From positions 1-40,496 of IMG/VR virus record IMGVR_UViG_3300017700_000576: a stretch of DNA of 40,496 bases, one strand, 5' to 3'. Position numbers and translations under genes: made by a program. The DNA is from a virus. Taxonomy: Duplodnaviria; Caudoviricetes. The notes below the pieces were generated by a model that was not told the origin of the DNA, searched no databases, and saw only the letters and a list, made by a program, of their open reading frames with translations. This document shows, in pieces, positions 9,560 to 18,514 of the stretch (positions within the stretch are counted from its first letter, which is position 1; each line of letters begins with the position of its first letter).

Positions 9560-10864
9560 ATGTGGAATTTTTTGCCGGCCATCATAGGCGCCGCCGGATC
9601 GATGCTGTCCAGCAGCCAGCAAAGTCAGGCGATTGGCGACGCCACAGAGGCGCAGACCAACGCGGCGAACACCCAGCTCCAGCTCTATCAGGATGCGCAG
9701 CGCAACTCGCAGACCATTCTGGGCAAGTATTCGGGCTCTGGTGACGCTGCACGGTCTCGCATGATGGCGTTCCTGCGCCTGCCTCAGACGGTGGGCGGCA
9801 GCGGGCAGGGGCTCATGTACTCGACGGCGCTGGGCGGCGCGCCGGACGGGAGCTTGCCGACGCCACTGTCCACGGCCAACGCGGGGCTTCCCAGCCTCTC
9901 GCAGATGATCACGGGCGGCAACGATCCGAGCCTGTGGAACGCCATTTCAAATGGCAACGTTTCGAACGAGGACTGGTGGGCGACGGGCGGGCCGAGCCTT
10001 GGCGGGCAGGCGCTCGCCAGCATGATCGGCATCAAGGGCAAGGGCAATGGCGGCTCTGCGGCGGACATCTGGGGCACGCCGGAAGCCAACGCCACCAAGG
10101 ACACGGACCTCGACTATCTGGCCTACCTGCAAGCCAACCCGGACGTTGCAGCGGCCTACAAGGGCTCCAGCGACCGGGACAATCGATACATCGGCACAGC
10201 CTTTGACGCTGATGGCAACGGCCAGATTTCGCCCGAGGAATACGGCAAGTGGCACTATTCGGTGCACGGCAAGGCCGAGGGCCGCCAGATCGGCAAGATC
10301 GGGGAAGCAAAGCCGGGACAGACGACCGTAGGCCCCGCCGGTTCCGGCGCCACCAAGACGCTGGACGAGGCTTACGAAGAGGCATGGAACGAGTACGAAC
10401 AGACCCCGTGGGGAAAACTGGCGGTGCAGGAAGCGGGCCGGGCGCGCGATGACTTCACGTCCATGGCCGGCGCCCAAGGCTCTACGCTGTCGGGCCGGAC
10501 GGTGCGCGGCATGGCCGATGCTGCCGAACAGGCGAAGTTGAGCAACTTCAACCAGTATTATACGGCCCTCGGCGGCGTCGCGGATCAGGGCTACAACGCT
10601 GACACCGGCATTGCATCGGCAGGCCAGACCTACGCGAACAACGCCTCCAACGTTACGGCGGGCGTGGCGAACGCACAGGCGCAGGGCGCTCTGGCGAAGG
10701 GGCAGGCCAGCGCCGACGGCATGGCGGACCTCGCGTCGTGGATCGGCTGGGGCTTCGGCCAGTATGACGGGGCCAAGCCGACGACCGGCTCGTCCTACAT
10801 GCCGAACCCGTCCGCCTCGCAGGGCGGGAACAACACCAGCGGCCTTTCGTCCCGGATCAGGTAA
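9560..10864 (+). CDS. DNA ejection/pilot protein (P22 gp7-like)
   Basis: 434 aa; hydrophobic N-terminus LPAIIGAAGSMLSS, Ala/Gln/Gly-rich helices, GSTLSGRT motif; first of three large Ala/Gly-rich genes. Confidence 0.7.
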   Translation: MWNFLPAIIGAAGSMLSSSQQSQAIGDATEAQTNAANTQLQLYQDAQRNSQTILGKYSGSGDAARSRMMAFLRLPQTVGGSGQGLMYSTALGGAPDGSLPTPLSTANAGLPSLSQMITGGNDPSLWNAISNGNVSNEDWWATGGPSLGGQALASMIGIKGKGNGGSAADIWGTPEANATKDTDLDYLAYLQANPDVAAAYKGSSDRDNRYIGTAFDADGNGQISPEEYGKWHYSVHGKAEGRQIGKIGEAKPGQTTVGPAGSGATKTLDEAYEEAWNEYEQTPWGKLAVQEAGRARDDFTSMAGAQGSTLSGRTVRGMADAAEQAKLSNFNQYYTALGGVADQGYNADTGIASAGQTYANNASNVTAGVANAQAQGALAKGQASADGMADLASWIGWGFGQYDGAKPTTGSSYMPNPSASQGGNNTSGLSSRIR

Positions 10865-10867
10865 GCC

Positions 10868-12247
10868 ATGAGCAGCACGTTCAAAGCCTTCCAGACCGGC
10901 CTTATGGCGGGTCAACAGCAAAGGCAGGTCCGCGACCAGGATGCGGCCCGCCAGCGCGCGGCGGAAGCCTACGGGTCCGGCAATTACGAGGGCGCATCAA
11001 CCGCGCTCATGAAGTCCGGGCTGTACGACGAGGCCGACGCCTACACCAAGGCGGCAGACCGCGCCAAGACCGATGCGACCACCAAGCAATACGCCGACGC
11101 CTACAAGATGGGCGCGCAAGGCGATGGCGGGACCAAGGGCGGATTCACGGCGCTGCGGGACGTGGCCGGGCAGGCTGGCGATATCGAGACGGTCGGCAAG
11201 GTGGAGAAGTCGCTTGCAGAGATGAGCGCGGCCGAGCGTGAGCAGGCAGGCCGCCAACTGGAGTTTTCGGCGCGGCTTGCCTTCGACCTGCGCAACCTTC
11301 CGATGGAACAGCGTCAAGAGGCGATGAACCGCGCCATCACGCAATACGGCGGCGCGTTCGGCATTACGCCCGACATGGCCGCACAGATGGGCGTCGATGA
11401 TGCGACGCTGGATTCCACGATGCACTTCACGATTGACGCCATGGAACGGCTCAAGATGGGCCGGGAGGATCAGCGGAACGCGGTTGTGGACGGGCAAAGA
11501 GAGCGCGGGCTCGATCTGCAGGAGCAGGGGCTTAATCTGCAGGCGCAGCGGCTGTCCGAGGGATCGACGGGCGCTGCAACATATCGCTGGGCTCGGCCCG
11601 AAGAAGTCGCACAGGCCGGACTGCCGCCCGGAACGGCGATGCAGATCAACGAGCGCACGGGCGAGGCTTCGGTCAAGTCTCAAACGCGCCAGACATCCGA
11701 ATATGACCCGGTACAGGTTCGCCAGTTCCGCAGCGCGGTCGGAAACCTCGATCTTCTCACGGCTCAGATCGACAATTACGAGACGACGCTGAAAGAAAAC
11801 GGCGGCGTTCAGACGGTCGAAGGGCCTTGGAACAAGAACCAGGTCAACGCCATTGATACGGCACGCAACAACGTGCTGGTTCTGGCGAAAAACCTGTACG
11901 AACTCGGCGCGCTGGTCGGCGCGGACTTCGCGATCATCGAGGCGGCCATCAAACCGGCGACGGGCTTTGGATCGGCGGGCCAGAACACAAAGGCCATCGG
12001 CGCGTCACTGGCTCAGGTCAAGACGATGCTGCGCAACAAGCTGAGCCAGATCCCCCCGGAAATCGCGGATCAGGTGCGCAAGAACTACTCCAACGAAATG
12101 AAGCAGCGTTTCCCTGTTTCGGGCGCCGCCGAAGCCTCTCCGGTGCAGGGCGGCGGCGCGCCCCAAGCGACCGAGGGGCCGCCGCCCGGTGTCGATCCAG
12201 AGGACTGGGAATTCATGTCCGAAGAAGACAAGGCGTTGTTCCGCTAA
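10868..12247 (+). CDS. DNA ejection/internal virion protein
   Basis: 459 aa, helical, Ala/Gln-rich; second gene of the ejection cluster. Confidence 0.65.
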   Translation: MSSTFKAFQTGLMAGQQQRQVRDQDAARQRAAEAYGSGNYEGASTALMKSGLYDEADAYTKAADRAKTDATTKQYADAYKMGAQGDGGTKGGFTALRDVAGQAGDIETVGKVEKSLAEMSAAEREQAGRQLEFSARLAFDLRNLPMEQRQEAMNRAITQYGGAFGITPDMAAQMGVDDATLDSTMHFTIDAMERLKMGREDQRNAVVDGQRERGLDLQEQGLNLQAQRLSEGSTGAATYRWARPEEVAQAGLPPGTAMQINERTGEASVKSQTRQTSEYDPVQVRQFRSAVGNLDLLTAQIDNYETTLKENGGVQTVEGPWNKNQVNAIDTARNNVLVLAKNLYELGALVGADFAIIEAAIKPATGFGSAGQNTKAIGASLAQVKTMLRNKLSQIPPEIADQVRKNYSNEMKQRFPVSGAAEASPVQGGGAPQATEGPPPGVDPEDWEFMSEEDKALFR

Positions 12248-15246
12248 TGGCCCCGCAACCCCAACTCTCGCTTGTGCAGAGGCAGGCTATCGCCAAGGCA
12301 AAAGCGCGCCGTGCGCGCATGTCATCGGGCCCGCCCGCTCTTCTGCGCAAGCCTGAAACCGGCCTGCCGGTCCAGCCTGCGAGCAATCCGAATGCGGTCA
12401 TCTCCGGGGATCAGCCGATCAACCCGGCCATGCCTGCGCCTGTCAGCCGCGACAACCCGAACCGCCTGTCCCGCCAGCTTTTCGACTCCGCCATGGACGA
12501 TTTTTCCACGGCGGGCGAGAACGCCAAGCAGACGCCGGACGGCGCGATGGTGCAGGGCGGCACGCCAGAGGCGCTGGCAGGCGTCGGCAAGCTGGCGGCG
12601 TCGGCTCCCATGTTCCTCGCTGACTGGATGCAGGACACGACCGGCGAGGAAAAGGCGGACACGGTCGGCGGCCTGATCATCGAGGGCACGGGAACGGGCC
12701 AGATCGCGCGCCTCGCCAATGCCGGAGAGCCTGTGCTCGGGATGCCGGTTCCGGGCGGCGTTCAATCCGACTGGGCGCAGCCTGTCGGCGCAGACGGCAC
12801 GCGCGAGAGCTATGATCCTGCCGTTGACCAGTCCGGCCTTGTTCTGGGCGCGATGACAGCCGGCGCAGGCAACTCCCGCACCATCGGCGGCGCGGTGAAG
12901 GAAGCGGCATCCAACGTCACCATGGGCGCGTCTGACGTTGTCGGCGCGGGTGGTCGCATGATCCGCAACGCGGCCGGCGCCATGAAGAAGGCCCCTGCGG
13001 CGGTTGCCGAGGCGGCCCCGGCTGCGCCTGTCTCGCCGCCCGCTCCGTTCTCGATGCCGCCTGTAGCTGAGCCTACGGGCAACTTCCTCGTCCGCAACCT
13101 TGATCGCGGCATCGGCGGCGGCATCGGCGGCATGATGGGCTCGGACGGACAGGCCTTCGCCGCTGGCGCTGACGGCGAGGGCGGGCCGGGCGGGATGAAC
13201 GTCGGCGGTACGATTGCCGGCGCCGGGATTGGCGCGATGGCTCCGCGTGCGGCCCTGCATGCCGGACAGCGTGTCGTGCGTTCGGCTGGAGCGGCGGCGG
13301 CGGCCCGGCGCGGGCCTAGCGCTCTGGCGGATTACAACGAACGGATCGCCGCGCGCGGCGCTCAACAAGCCTTGCGCCCCGGCGGTGTCACGGGCGTTGA
13401 GGAAGGCGTCAACGCCCGGCAAGGCCGTTTTGGCGACAAGCCTGCGGCGATTGCCGATCTGTCGCAGGATGCCGTTGGCACAGTGACGGGCCTGTCCCGC
13501 ATGCCCGGCGCAACCGGCGAGAGCGCCCGGCTTCGCGGCGAGGGGCTGATTGAAGAGCGCTCGGGCCGCCTTTCCCGCGACGTTGAGGCGGCGACCGGGC
13601 TGTCTACCGCATCGGTTGCGGGCGACATTGCGCGGATGGCGGAAGAGGCGCAGGCCCGCGCCACGCCCGAATACAACCGCCTGCGCTCAACCTATTCCTC
13701 GATCCTGAGCGGGCGTCTGGATACGCTTCGCGAAGTGCCGTCCGTTGCTGACTCCGTGCGCGCCGTCGAAGCGTACAAGGCCCAGCGCCTGACGACCAAG
13801 AACCAGGGCATGGGAGATTTCGAGTTCTGGGATCTGGTCAAGCGCGACCTTGACAACAAGGAACAGGCCCTGATCGACAAGGGCGTCGGCATGGACGACC
13901 TGCGTATCCGGAATATCGAGGATGCGCGCTCCGAGCTTGTCAGCGAGATGGATACGCTGGTTCCTGAATATGCGGCGGCTCGCCAGCTTGGCGGCGAAGC
14001 CCCTCGCATCCGGGAGGCGTTTGCGGAGGGACGCACCTACCTGAGCGGGCGCTTTGACGCCAATGAAGTCGGAGCGATGATCGAGCAATGGAATGGCGCT
14101 CCCCTGACGGCGGCGCAGTCTGGCGCAATTCGCACCATTCTCGGCAAGACAGATGGGGCCGGCGCGGCTATCGCCTCGCTGCGCAGCCGGAAGGCCCGCG
14201 ATATTCTTGCGCGCGTGTTCGGGGCCGACAGGGCGGCAGAGCTTGACCGCCGCCTCGCCGCTGACGCTACGATTGTCCAGAACGCCGGGCGGATGAATCC
14301 GAACGTCGGTTCAGCCACATCGCAGGCCACGCTCGGCAGCGGCGGCATAGGTCCGGCCCTTGCCGATGCGATCCGGACGGTGCGCAGCCCTGTGGAAGCT
14401 GGCCTTGCGGCGCTGTCACGCTCTGGCGGCTACAGCCGCGCGCAACGCGACCTCATGGGCGAAATGCTTCAGGCCGATCCGACGCCCGAGAACCTGACTC
14501 GCATCTTCCGGGGCCGTACCGGCGGGACCGCGCCCCAAGCGCCTGCTCCCGCCCCCCCCACACCCGCCGCCCCGACAACCGCCCTTGGCCGCACCGCAGA
14601 ACCCCAAGCCCCGGCGACAACGGGCCTCGGAACCACGGGAGACGCACCCCGCATTCCCGGCCCGTCTGCTGACCGTAACAGCATGTCCACCACGGCTCTG
14701 GGCTCCATCGGCGGCGGAACCGCAGGCTATAACGCTCCGGTGGACATGGACGGCGACGGAGAGATCAGCGAACAGGAGCGGTACGCCTCTGGCGCGATGG
14801 GCGCAGCGCTTGGTGCTGGCGGCGGCATGGCGCTGGGGCGGGCGATGCGTGGCGGCAAGCCCGGCGCTGCGGCTCCGAAGGCGGGCAAGGTCGCTGGAGA
14901 CGACAGGTTGATCCGGTTTGGCGACGAAAAGTCCGGCGAACTGACTGCGCTCCCGATGGGCTCGGGCAACTATATGGCGGTCGGCGTCAGCGTGCCGCAA
15001 ATGCAGCGCCAGAAGGGCACAGCAACTGCGCTCTATGAAAGTCTCATCCGCAAGGCCGCCGCAGAGGGTGGCGCGTTGTATTCCAGCGAGGTTCTGACGC
15101 CCGGCGGGGTCGCCATTTATGACCGCCTGAAGCGCAAAGGCTATCGCGTTGAGCAGATCAACACTACGGCAGTCAAAAGCCCGAGTGGCGGCATGGGCTC
15201 GGATGACGGACAGCCGATTTTCCGGGTGACGGCTCCCGCCCAATAG
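12247..15246 (+). CDS. Large DNA ejection/internal virion protein with C-terminal GNAT-like domain
   Basis: 999 aa, Ala/Gly-rich; glycine-zipper segments; LVPEYAAAR helical core; C-terminal VSVPQMQRQKGTATALYE acetyl-CoA-binding-like motif. Confidence 0.7.
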   Translation: MAPQPQLSLVQRQAIAKAKARRARMSSGPPALLRKPETGLPVQPASNPNAVISGDQPINPAMPAPVSRDNPNRLSRQLFDSAMDDFSTAGENAKQTPDGAMVQGGTPEALAGVGKLAASAPMFLADWMQDTTGEEKADTVGGLIIEGTGTGQIARLANAGEPVLGMPVPGGVQSDWAQPVGADGTRESYDPAVDQSGLVLGAMTAGAGNSRTIGGAVKEAASNVTMGASDVVGAGGRMIRNAAGAMKKAPAAVAEAAPAAPVSPPAPFSMPPVAEPTGNFLVRNLDRGIGGGIGGMMGSDGQAFAAGADGEGGPGGMNVGGTIAGAGIGAMAPRAALHAGQRVVRSAGAAAAARRGPSALADYNERIAARGAQQALRPGGVTGVEEGVNARQGRFGDKPAAIADLSQDAVGTVTGLSRMPGATGESARLRGEGLIEERSGRLSRDVEAATGLSTASVAGDIARMAEEAQARATPEYNRLRSTYSSILSGRLDTLREVPSVADSVRAVEAYKAQRLTTKNQGMGDFEFWDLVKRDLDNKEQALIDKGVGMDDLRIRNIEDARSELVSEMDTLVPEYAAARQLGGEAPRIREAFAEGRTYLSGRFDANEVGAMIEQWNGAPLTAAQSGAIRTILGKTDGAGAAIASLRSRKARDILARVFGADRAAELDRRLAADATIVQNAGRMNPNVGSATSQATLGSGGIGPALADAIRTVRSPVEAGLAALSRSGGYSRAQRDLMGEMLQADPTPENLTRIFRGRTGGTAPQAPAPAPPTPAAPTTALGRTAEPQAPATTGLGTTGDAPRIPGPSADRNSMSTTALGSIGGGTAGYNAPVDMDGDGEISEQERYASGAMGAALGAGGGMALGRAMRGGKPGAAAPKAGKVAGDDRLIRFGDEKSGELTALPMGSGNYMAVGVSVPQMQRQKGTATALYESLIRKAAAEGGALYSSEVLTPGGVAIYDRLKRKGYRVEQINTTAVKSPSGGMGSDDGQPIFRVTAPAQ

Positions 15247-15276
15247 AAAAGGCCCCGCCATCTCTGGCAGGGCCTT
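15247..15276 (-). terminator. Intrinsic terminator between convergent genes (best for the - strand moron)
   Basis: AAGGCCCCGCCA-TCTC-TGGCAGGGCCTT; the single C/A mismatch is a G-U pair on the - strand, which ends in TTTT. Confidence 0.75.
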
Positions 15277-15294
15277 GTAACATCGGGGAGCAAG

Positions 15295-16134
15295 TCAGGC
15301 TTCGTTTGCGGCCACCAGACGGGGCCCAGTGTAGGCGGGCTGCTTCGGCGCTTTCTTGGCGGCCTTGGCAGCTTTCTTCTGCGCCTCGATCCGCGCCAGT
15401 CGGCGGACTTCGGCGGCTTTCTCCTTCCGGCGGGCTTCAGCCTTTTCGGCCTTGGCCTGACGGTCTTCAATTCGCCGCTGGATGTTGCGGCGGGTGTTCG
15501 CGATCCCGGCCAGCCCGAGGGCAAGGCTGAGATCGATCGATGCGGCGATGACCCAGAGCAGCGTGTTGCTGACCATGGGGGCATATGCCGGCGCATCTTT
15601 CACAGCCCGCTCCGCTGCAGCCTGTTCGGCCTTGGCGAAGTCCAGAGCGTCGGTGAGCGGCTTGTGGGCCGCCTGCCAGACGGCCATGCGGGCCGCTGTA
15701 TTCTTCGGCCCCATGTCCTCCGGGATGACCGGGGCGACATGGGCGACCACGGCGGCCTGAGCGGCTTTCGTGGCGACCTTTGCTTCGGTGAGTGCAGCGA
15801 CCAGGGGCGCAACATGAACTTCATGATGCTCCGCCAGACGCGGCGCCTCAATGCGAACCTCGACCGTGTGGTGGAAGCTGTAGGCATTGATGCCGCCGAA
15901 GATCAGGGCCGGGGCGAGGGCGAGGACGGACCAGCGGTCACGCCCGACGATCTCGATATTGGCCGGAACCACCAGAGCGCTGAGCGCCGTGAGGGTCATG
16001 AGAAGCACCGACGCAAGCGTCAGGGTGTCTTCCCGCCAGCCCTCGACGCCAGCCGCAGCAGCGGCGGCGCCGACAAGGTAGAGAGACAACCGGGCGACTA
16101 GAAAGCCCGGAGCTTTATGGGTAGAAGGTGTCAT
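15295..16134 (-). CDS. Moron-like 4-TM membrane protein with coiled-coil loop and basic tail
   Basis: Likely start ATG 16134 (MTPSTHKAPG, 279 aa) behind GGAAC; three N-terminal hydrophobic helices, Ala-rich coil, fourth helix, Lys/Arg-rich tail; opposite strand to the virion operon. Confidence 0.8.
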   Translation of the reverse strand: MTPSTHKAPGFLVARLSLYLVGAAAAAAGVEGWREDTLTLASVLLMTLTALSALVVPANIEIVGRDRWSVLALAPALIFGGINAYSFHHTVEVRIEAPRLAEHHEVHVAPLVAALTEAKVATKAAQAAVVAHVAPVIPEDMGPKNTAARMAVWQAAHKPLTDALDFAKAEQAAAERAVKDAPAYAPMVSNTLLWVIAASIDLSLALGLAGIANTRRNIQRRIEDRQAKAEKAEARRKEKAAEVRRLARIEAQKKAAKAAKKAPKQPAYTGPRLVAANEA

Positions 16135-16223
16135 TGTCTGAGTTCCATTCGGACAATCGCCAGTCGGCTGGTGAGACAGCGCGACGGACGGGGCGGCGGA
16201 GAAATCCTGCCGCCCTTGTTGTT
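16133..16223 (+). ncRNA. Candidate cis-antisense small RNA to the moron 5' leader
   Basis: Three consecutive hairpins whose G-U pairs and GAAA loop favour the + strand; the last is followed by TTGTTGTT; structure only, no expression data. Confidence 0.35.
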
Positions 16224-16281
16224 GGGAAACTTGCTCCTGCGATGTCAAATATCTGACCGCGATTACTCGCGGAACACTTGA

Positions 16282-16310
16282 ACTATACGACCTGGATTTC
16301 GCCCTGTAAG
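16282..16310 (-). promoter_or_regulatory. Putative sigma70 promoter of the moron gene
   Basis: - strand CTTACA-N17-TATAGT; the -35 overlaps the inverted repeat TGTAA-GCG-TTACA (16305-16317). Confidence 0.5.
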
Positions 16311-16367
16311 CGTTACAACTTGCGTTACATGACGCCCCTCCAAATCACATTATCGTGAGCAAATCCA

Positions 16368-17789
16368 TTGCCATATGCCCCGTTTGCCTTGTCCGCTGAC
16401 CGCCGCGCCCGCTTCGGCATGGCGCCCGTGCGTCTGTGCAACTGGCTTGCCCAGCCCTTGCCGGTGGAGGTCAACAAGCCGGTACGCGCCTGCCTGCTGC
16501 CGACGCCGGGCCGCACGTCACGGCTCGACATGGGCGCGGAAATTCAGGGCGTGTACCAGGAGAACGGCGTCCGCAGCAGCAGCCTGTTCGTTGTCGCGGG
16601 CGGCACGCTCTACAGCGTGTCCTCATCGTGGGTGAAAACATCCATCGGCGCAATCGGCGGGACGGGCCTCGCCATCTTCGCCGGGCTCCGGGACAAGCTG
16701 TTCATTTCGCAATCCGGGCTCCTGTTCGTCTGGGACGGCGCGACGCTGACGCAGGTTACAGACGTGGACTTGCCGCTGGTAGAATCGATGCTGGTTCTTG
16801 CCCAGCGCGTCGTGGTGAGCGAGCCGGATGCGGATACGATCACATGGTCGTCTACGCTCGACGGGACCAGCATCGATGCTCTGGCCTTTGCCACGGCGGA
16901 GCAGAAGCCGGACGTGATCCGCGCGCTGGTGAAGGTCTCCGGCCAGTTTATTGCCATGGGCGCAACCAGTCTCGAAATCTTCCGGGCGACCGGATCGACA
17001 AGCCTGCCATTCGCCAACGTCACCGCGCAATCCATCGATGAGAGTGCCGGCCTCCTGTGCAAGACGGCATACACGGTCATTGGCGACAAGGTCTACTTCC
17101 TCGGCGGCAATCGCCGCCTCTACGTCATGAACGGCTTTGCGCTGCAGGAAGCGCCGACGAACGGCGAACTTGAAGACGAGCTGCAGGCCATGTCCGAAGC
17201 GGACAGGATGCTGACGACGATCTGGGGCTATACGCGCGGCACCAGTGAGTTTGTCGTGGTGCGTCCCAAGGGCAAACCCGCGTTCGTCTATGACGCTTCT
17301 ACGCGCCTCTGGCACACCCGGGAGACATGGGAAGAGGGCGTGTTCACCACGCGCTTTCACGCCAACGCCTACGGCTACAATGTGGTAGCCGATGAGGGCG
17401 GCTCCGTCCTCTATACGATGGACGAGAACGTCTACACCGACGCCGGGACCACGATTGAACGCGTGGCCACCTTCCGCATCATGGCGAAGGATTACGACAG
17501 CATAGGGACACTCTGCCTCGACCTGCAGGCTTTCGGTCGCCCCGCCAGCGGGCAGGGCTCGGCGCCCAGGCTTATGGTGGACATCTCCACGAACGGGCGC
17601 ACGGATCGAGACGACAACCGCTCCGAGATCATGCTCGACATCGGCCCGGACGGCACGTTCCGCAAGCCGGTGCTCTACGGCCTCGGCATGATCCCGCCGG
17701 GCGAGGGGATGACCATCACGCTACGGCTCACGGACCCCATCGGGCTGGCGCTCTATGGCGCGTGGATCAATGAAGGCGAGCGCGCCTGA
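16368..17789 (+). CDS. Tail hub / packaged-DNA stabilization protein (P22 gp10-like)
   Basis: 473 aa beta-propeller-like; LFVVAGGTLYSV, FATAEQKPD, SLEIFRATG..LPF, FVYDASTRLWH; TTG start. Confidence 0.85.
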   Translation: MPYAPFALSADRRARFGMAPVRLCNWLAQPLPVEVNKPVRACLLPTPGRTSRLDMGAEIQGVYQENGVRSSSLFVVAGGTLYSVSSSWVKTSIGAIGGTGLAIFAGLRDKLFISQSGLLFVWDGATLTQVTDVDLPLVESMLVLAQRVVVSEPDADTITWSSTLDGTSIDALAFATAEQKPDVIRALVKVSGQFIAMGATSLEIFRATGSTSLPFANVTAQSIDESAGLLCKTAYTVIGDKVYFLGGNRRLYVMNGFALQEAPTNGELEDELQAMSEADRMLTTIWGYTRGTSEFVVVRPKGKPAFVYDASTRLWHTRETWEEGVFTTRFHANAYGYNVVADEGGSVLYTMDENVYTDAGTTIERVATFRIMAKDYDSIGTLCLDLQAFGRPASGQGSAPRLMVDISTNGRTDRDDNRSEIMLDIGPDGTFRKPVLYGLGMIPPGEGMTITLRLTDPIGLALYGAWINEGERA

Positions 17790-18505
17790 TGGCCGAGCAA
17801 CCCGTCCCATTCCTTCGCGCTGGCGACAAGGTGCTGAACACAGACGGCACGGTTCAGGAGTGGTTCCGCAACGCCTGGAACACGATGGTTGAGCGCACCG
17901 GCACGGAGACGCAAAGCACGATCCTCGGCATCATCAACGGCCAGCAGGAGATTGCGGAGCAGCAGGCGGCAGACCGGGCGGCGGCTGTGGCGCGCGATGC
18001 AGCGCTTGCAACGTCCACCTCTGGCGGGGCGGGCAGCGTCTCTAACGGAACATCCTATTCCGGCGGGGTCACGTCGGGGACGACATGGACGGCCATTTCA
18101 ACGGTTCCGGTCACGCCATCGGGCGCAGGCGGGGACTACACCATCTCGGTCCTGCCGGACGAGGTCATAAACGGCCACCTGTCCAGCGAGGCGGCTTATG
18201 CCGAGTTCGACGGGGACTGGCGCGTGGTTGAGGAGCTGACGGGCGGCGGCACGGTCTACACGCTTGATAGCGGGACATTCATGGTCATCTATACGCCAGA
18301 AGTTGTCATCGGCGACGAGGGCCGCACCTACACGATTCCGGAAAGCTGGGCGGTGGCGTTCACCGGCCTGCCGTCCGGCCTCATCGCTGCAAACGAGGCG
18401 GCGGCGGTCAACATCCGTCTGGAGGTCCGCCAGTCCACTGGCGAGACGCTGGAAATCACCGCGCCCGGCCTGTCCGGCGCGATGTCTGTCACTTGGTCAG
18501 CATAG
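17789..18505 (+). CDS. Tail protein (needle-like: short coiled coil plus beta domain)
   Basis: 238 aa, coupled to the gp10-like gene, in the position of P22 gp26; function inferred from synteny. Confidence 0.55.
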   Translation: MAEQPVPFLRAGDKVLNTDGTVQEWFRNAWNTMVERTGTETQSTILGIINGQQEIAEQQAADRAAAVARDAALATSTSGGAGSVSNGTSYSGGVTSGTTWTAISTVPVTPSGAGGDYTISVLPDEVINGHLSSEAAYAEFDGDWRVVEELTGGGTVYTLDSGTFMVIYTPEVVIGDEGRTYTIPESWAVAFTGLPSGLIAANEAAAVNIRLEVRQSTGETLEITAPGLSGAMSVTWSA

Positions 18506-18514
18506 GGCTAACAC

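Noticed and set aside
14552-14559. C8 tract in the linker before the EF-hand/GNAT module as a phase-variation site
   Set aside because: Frame is intact and the run is explained by Pro codons in a Pro/Ala-rich linker
857-15261. Many long - strand ORFs (e.g. 857..2236, 2381..3541, 9947..10921, 12322..13422)
   Set aside because: Antisense shadows of GC-rich, codon-biased + strand genes; no RBS or recognisable motifs
16135-16248. TTG-start N-terminal extension of the moron protein
   Set aside because: Low-complexity translation across a structured region; ATG 16134 is a better start
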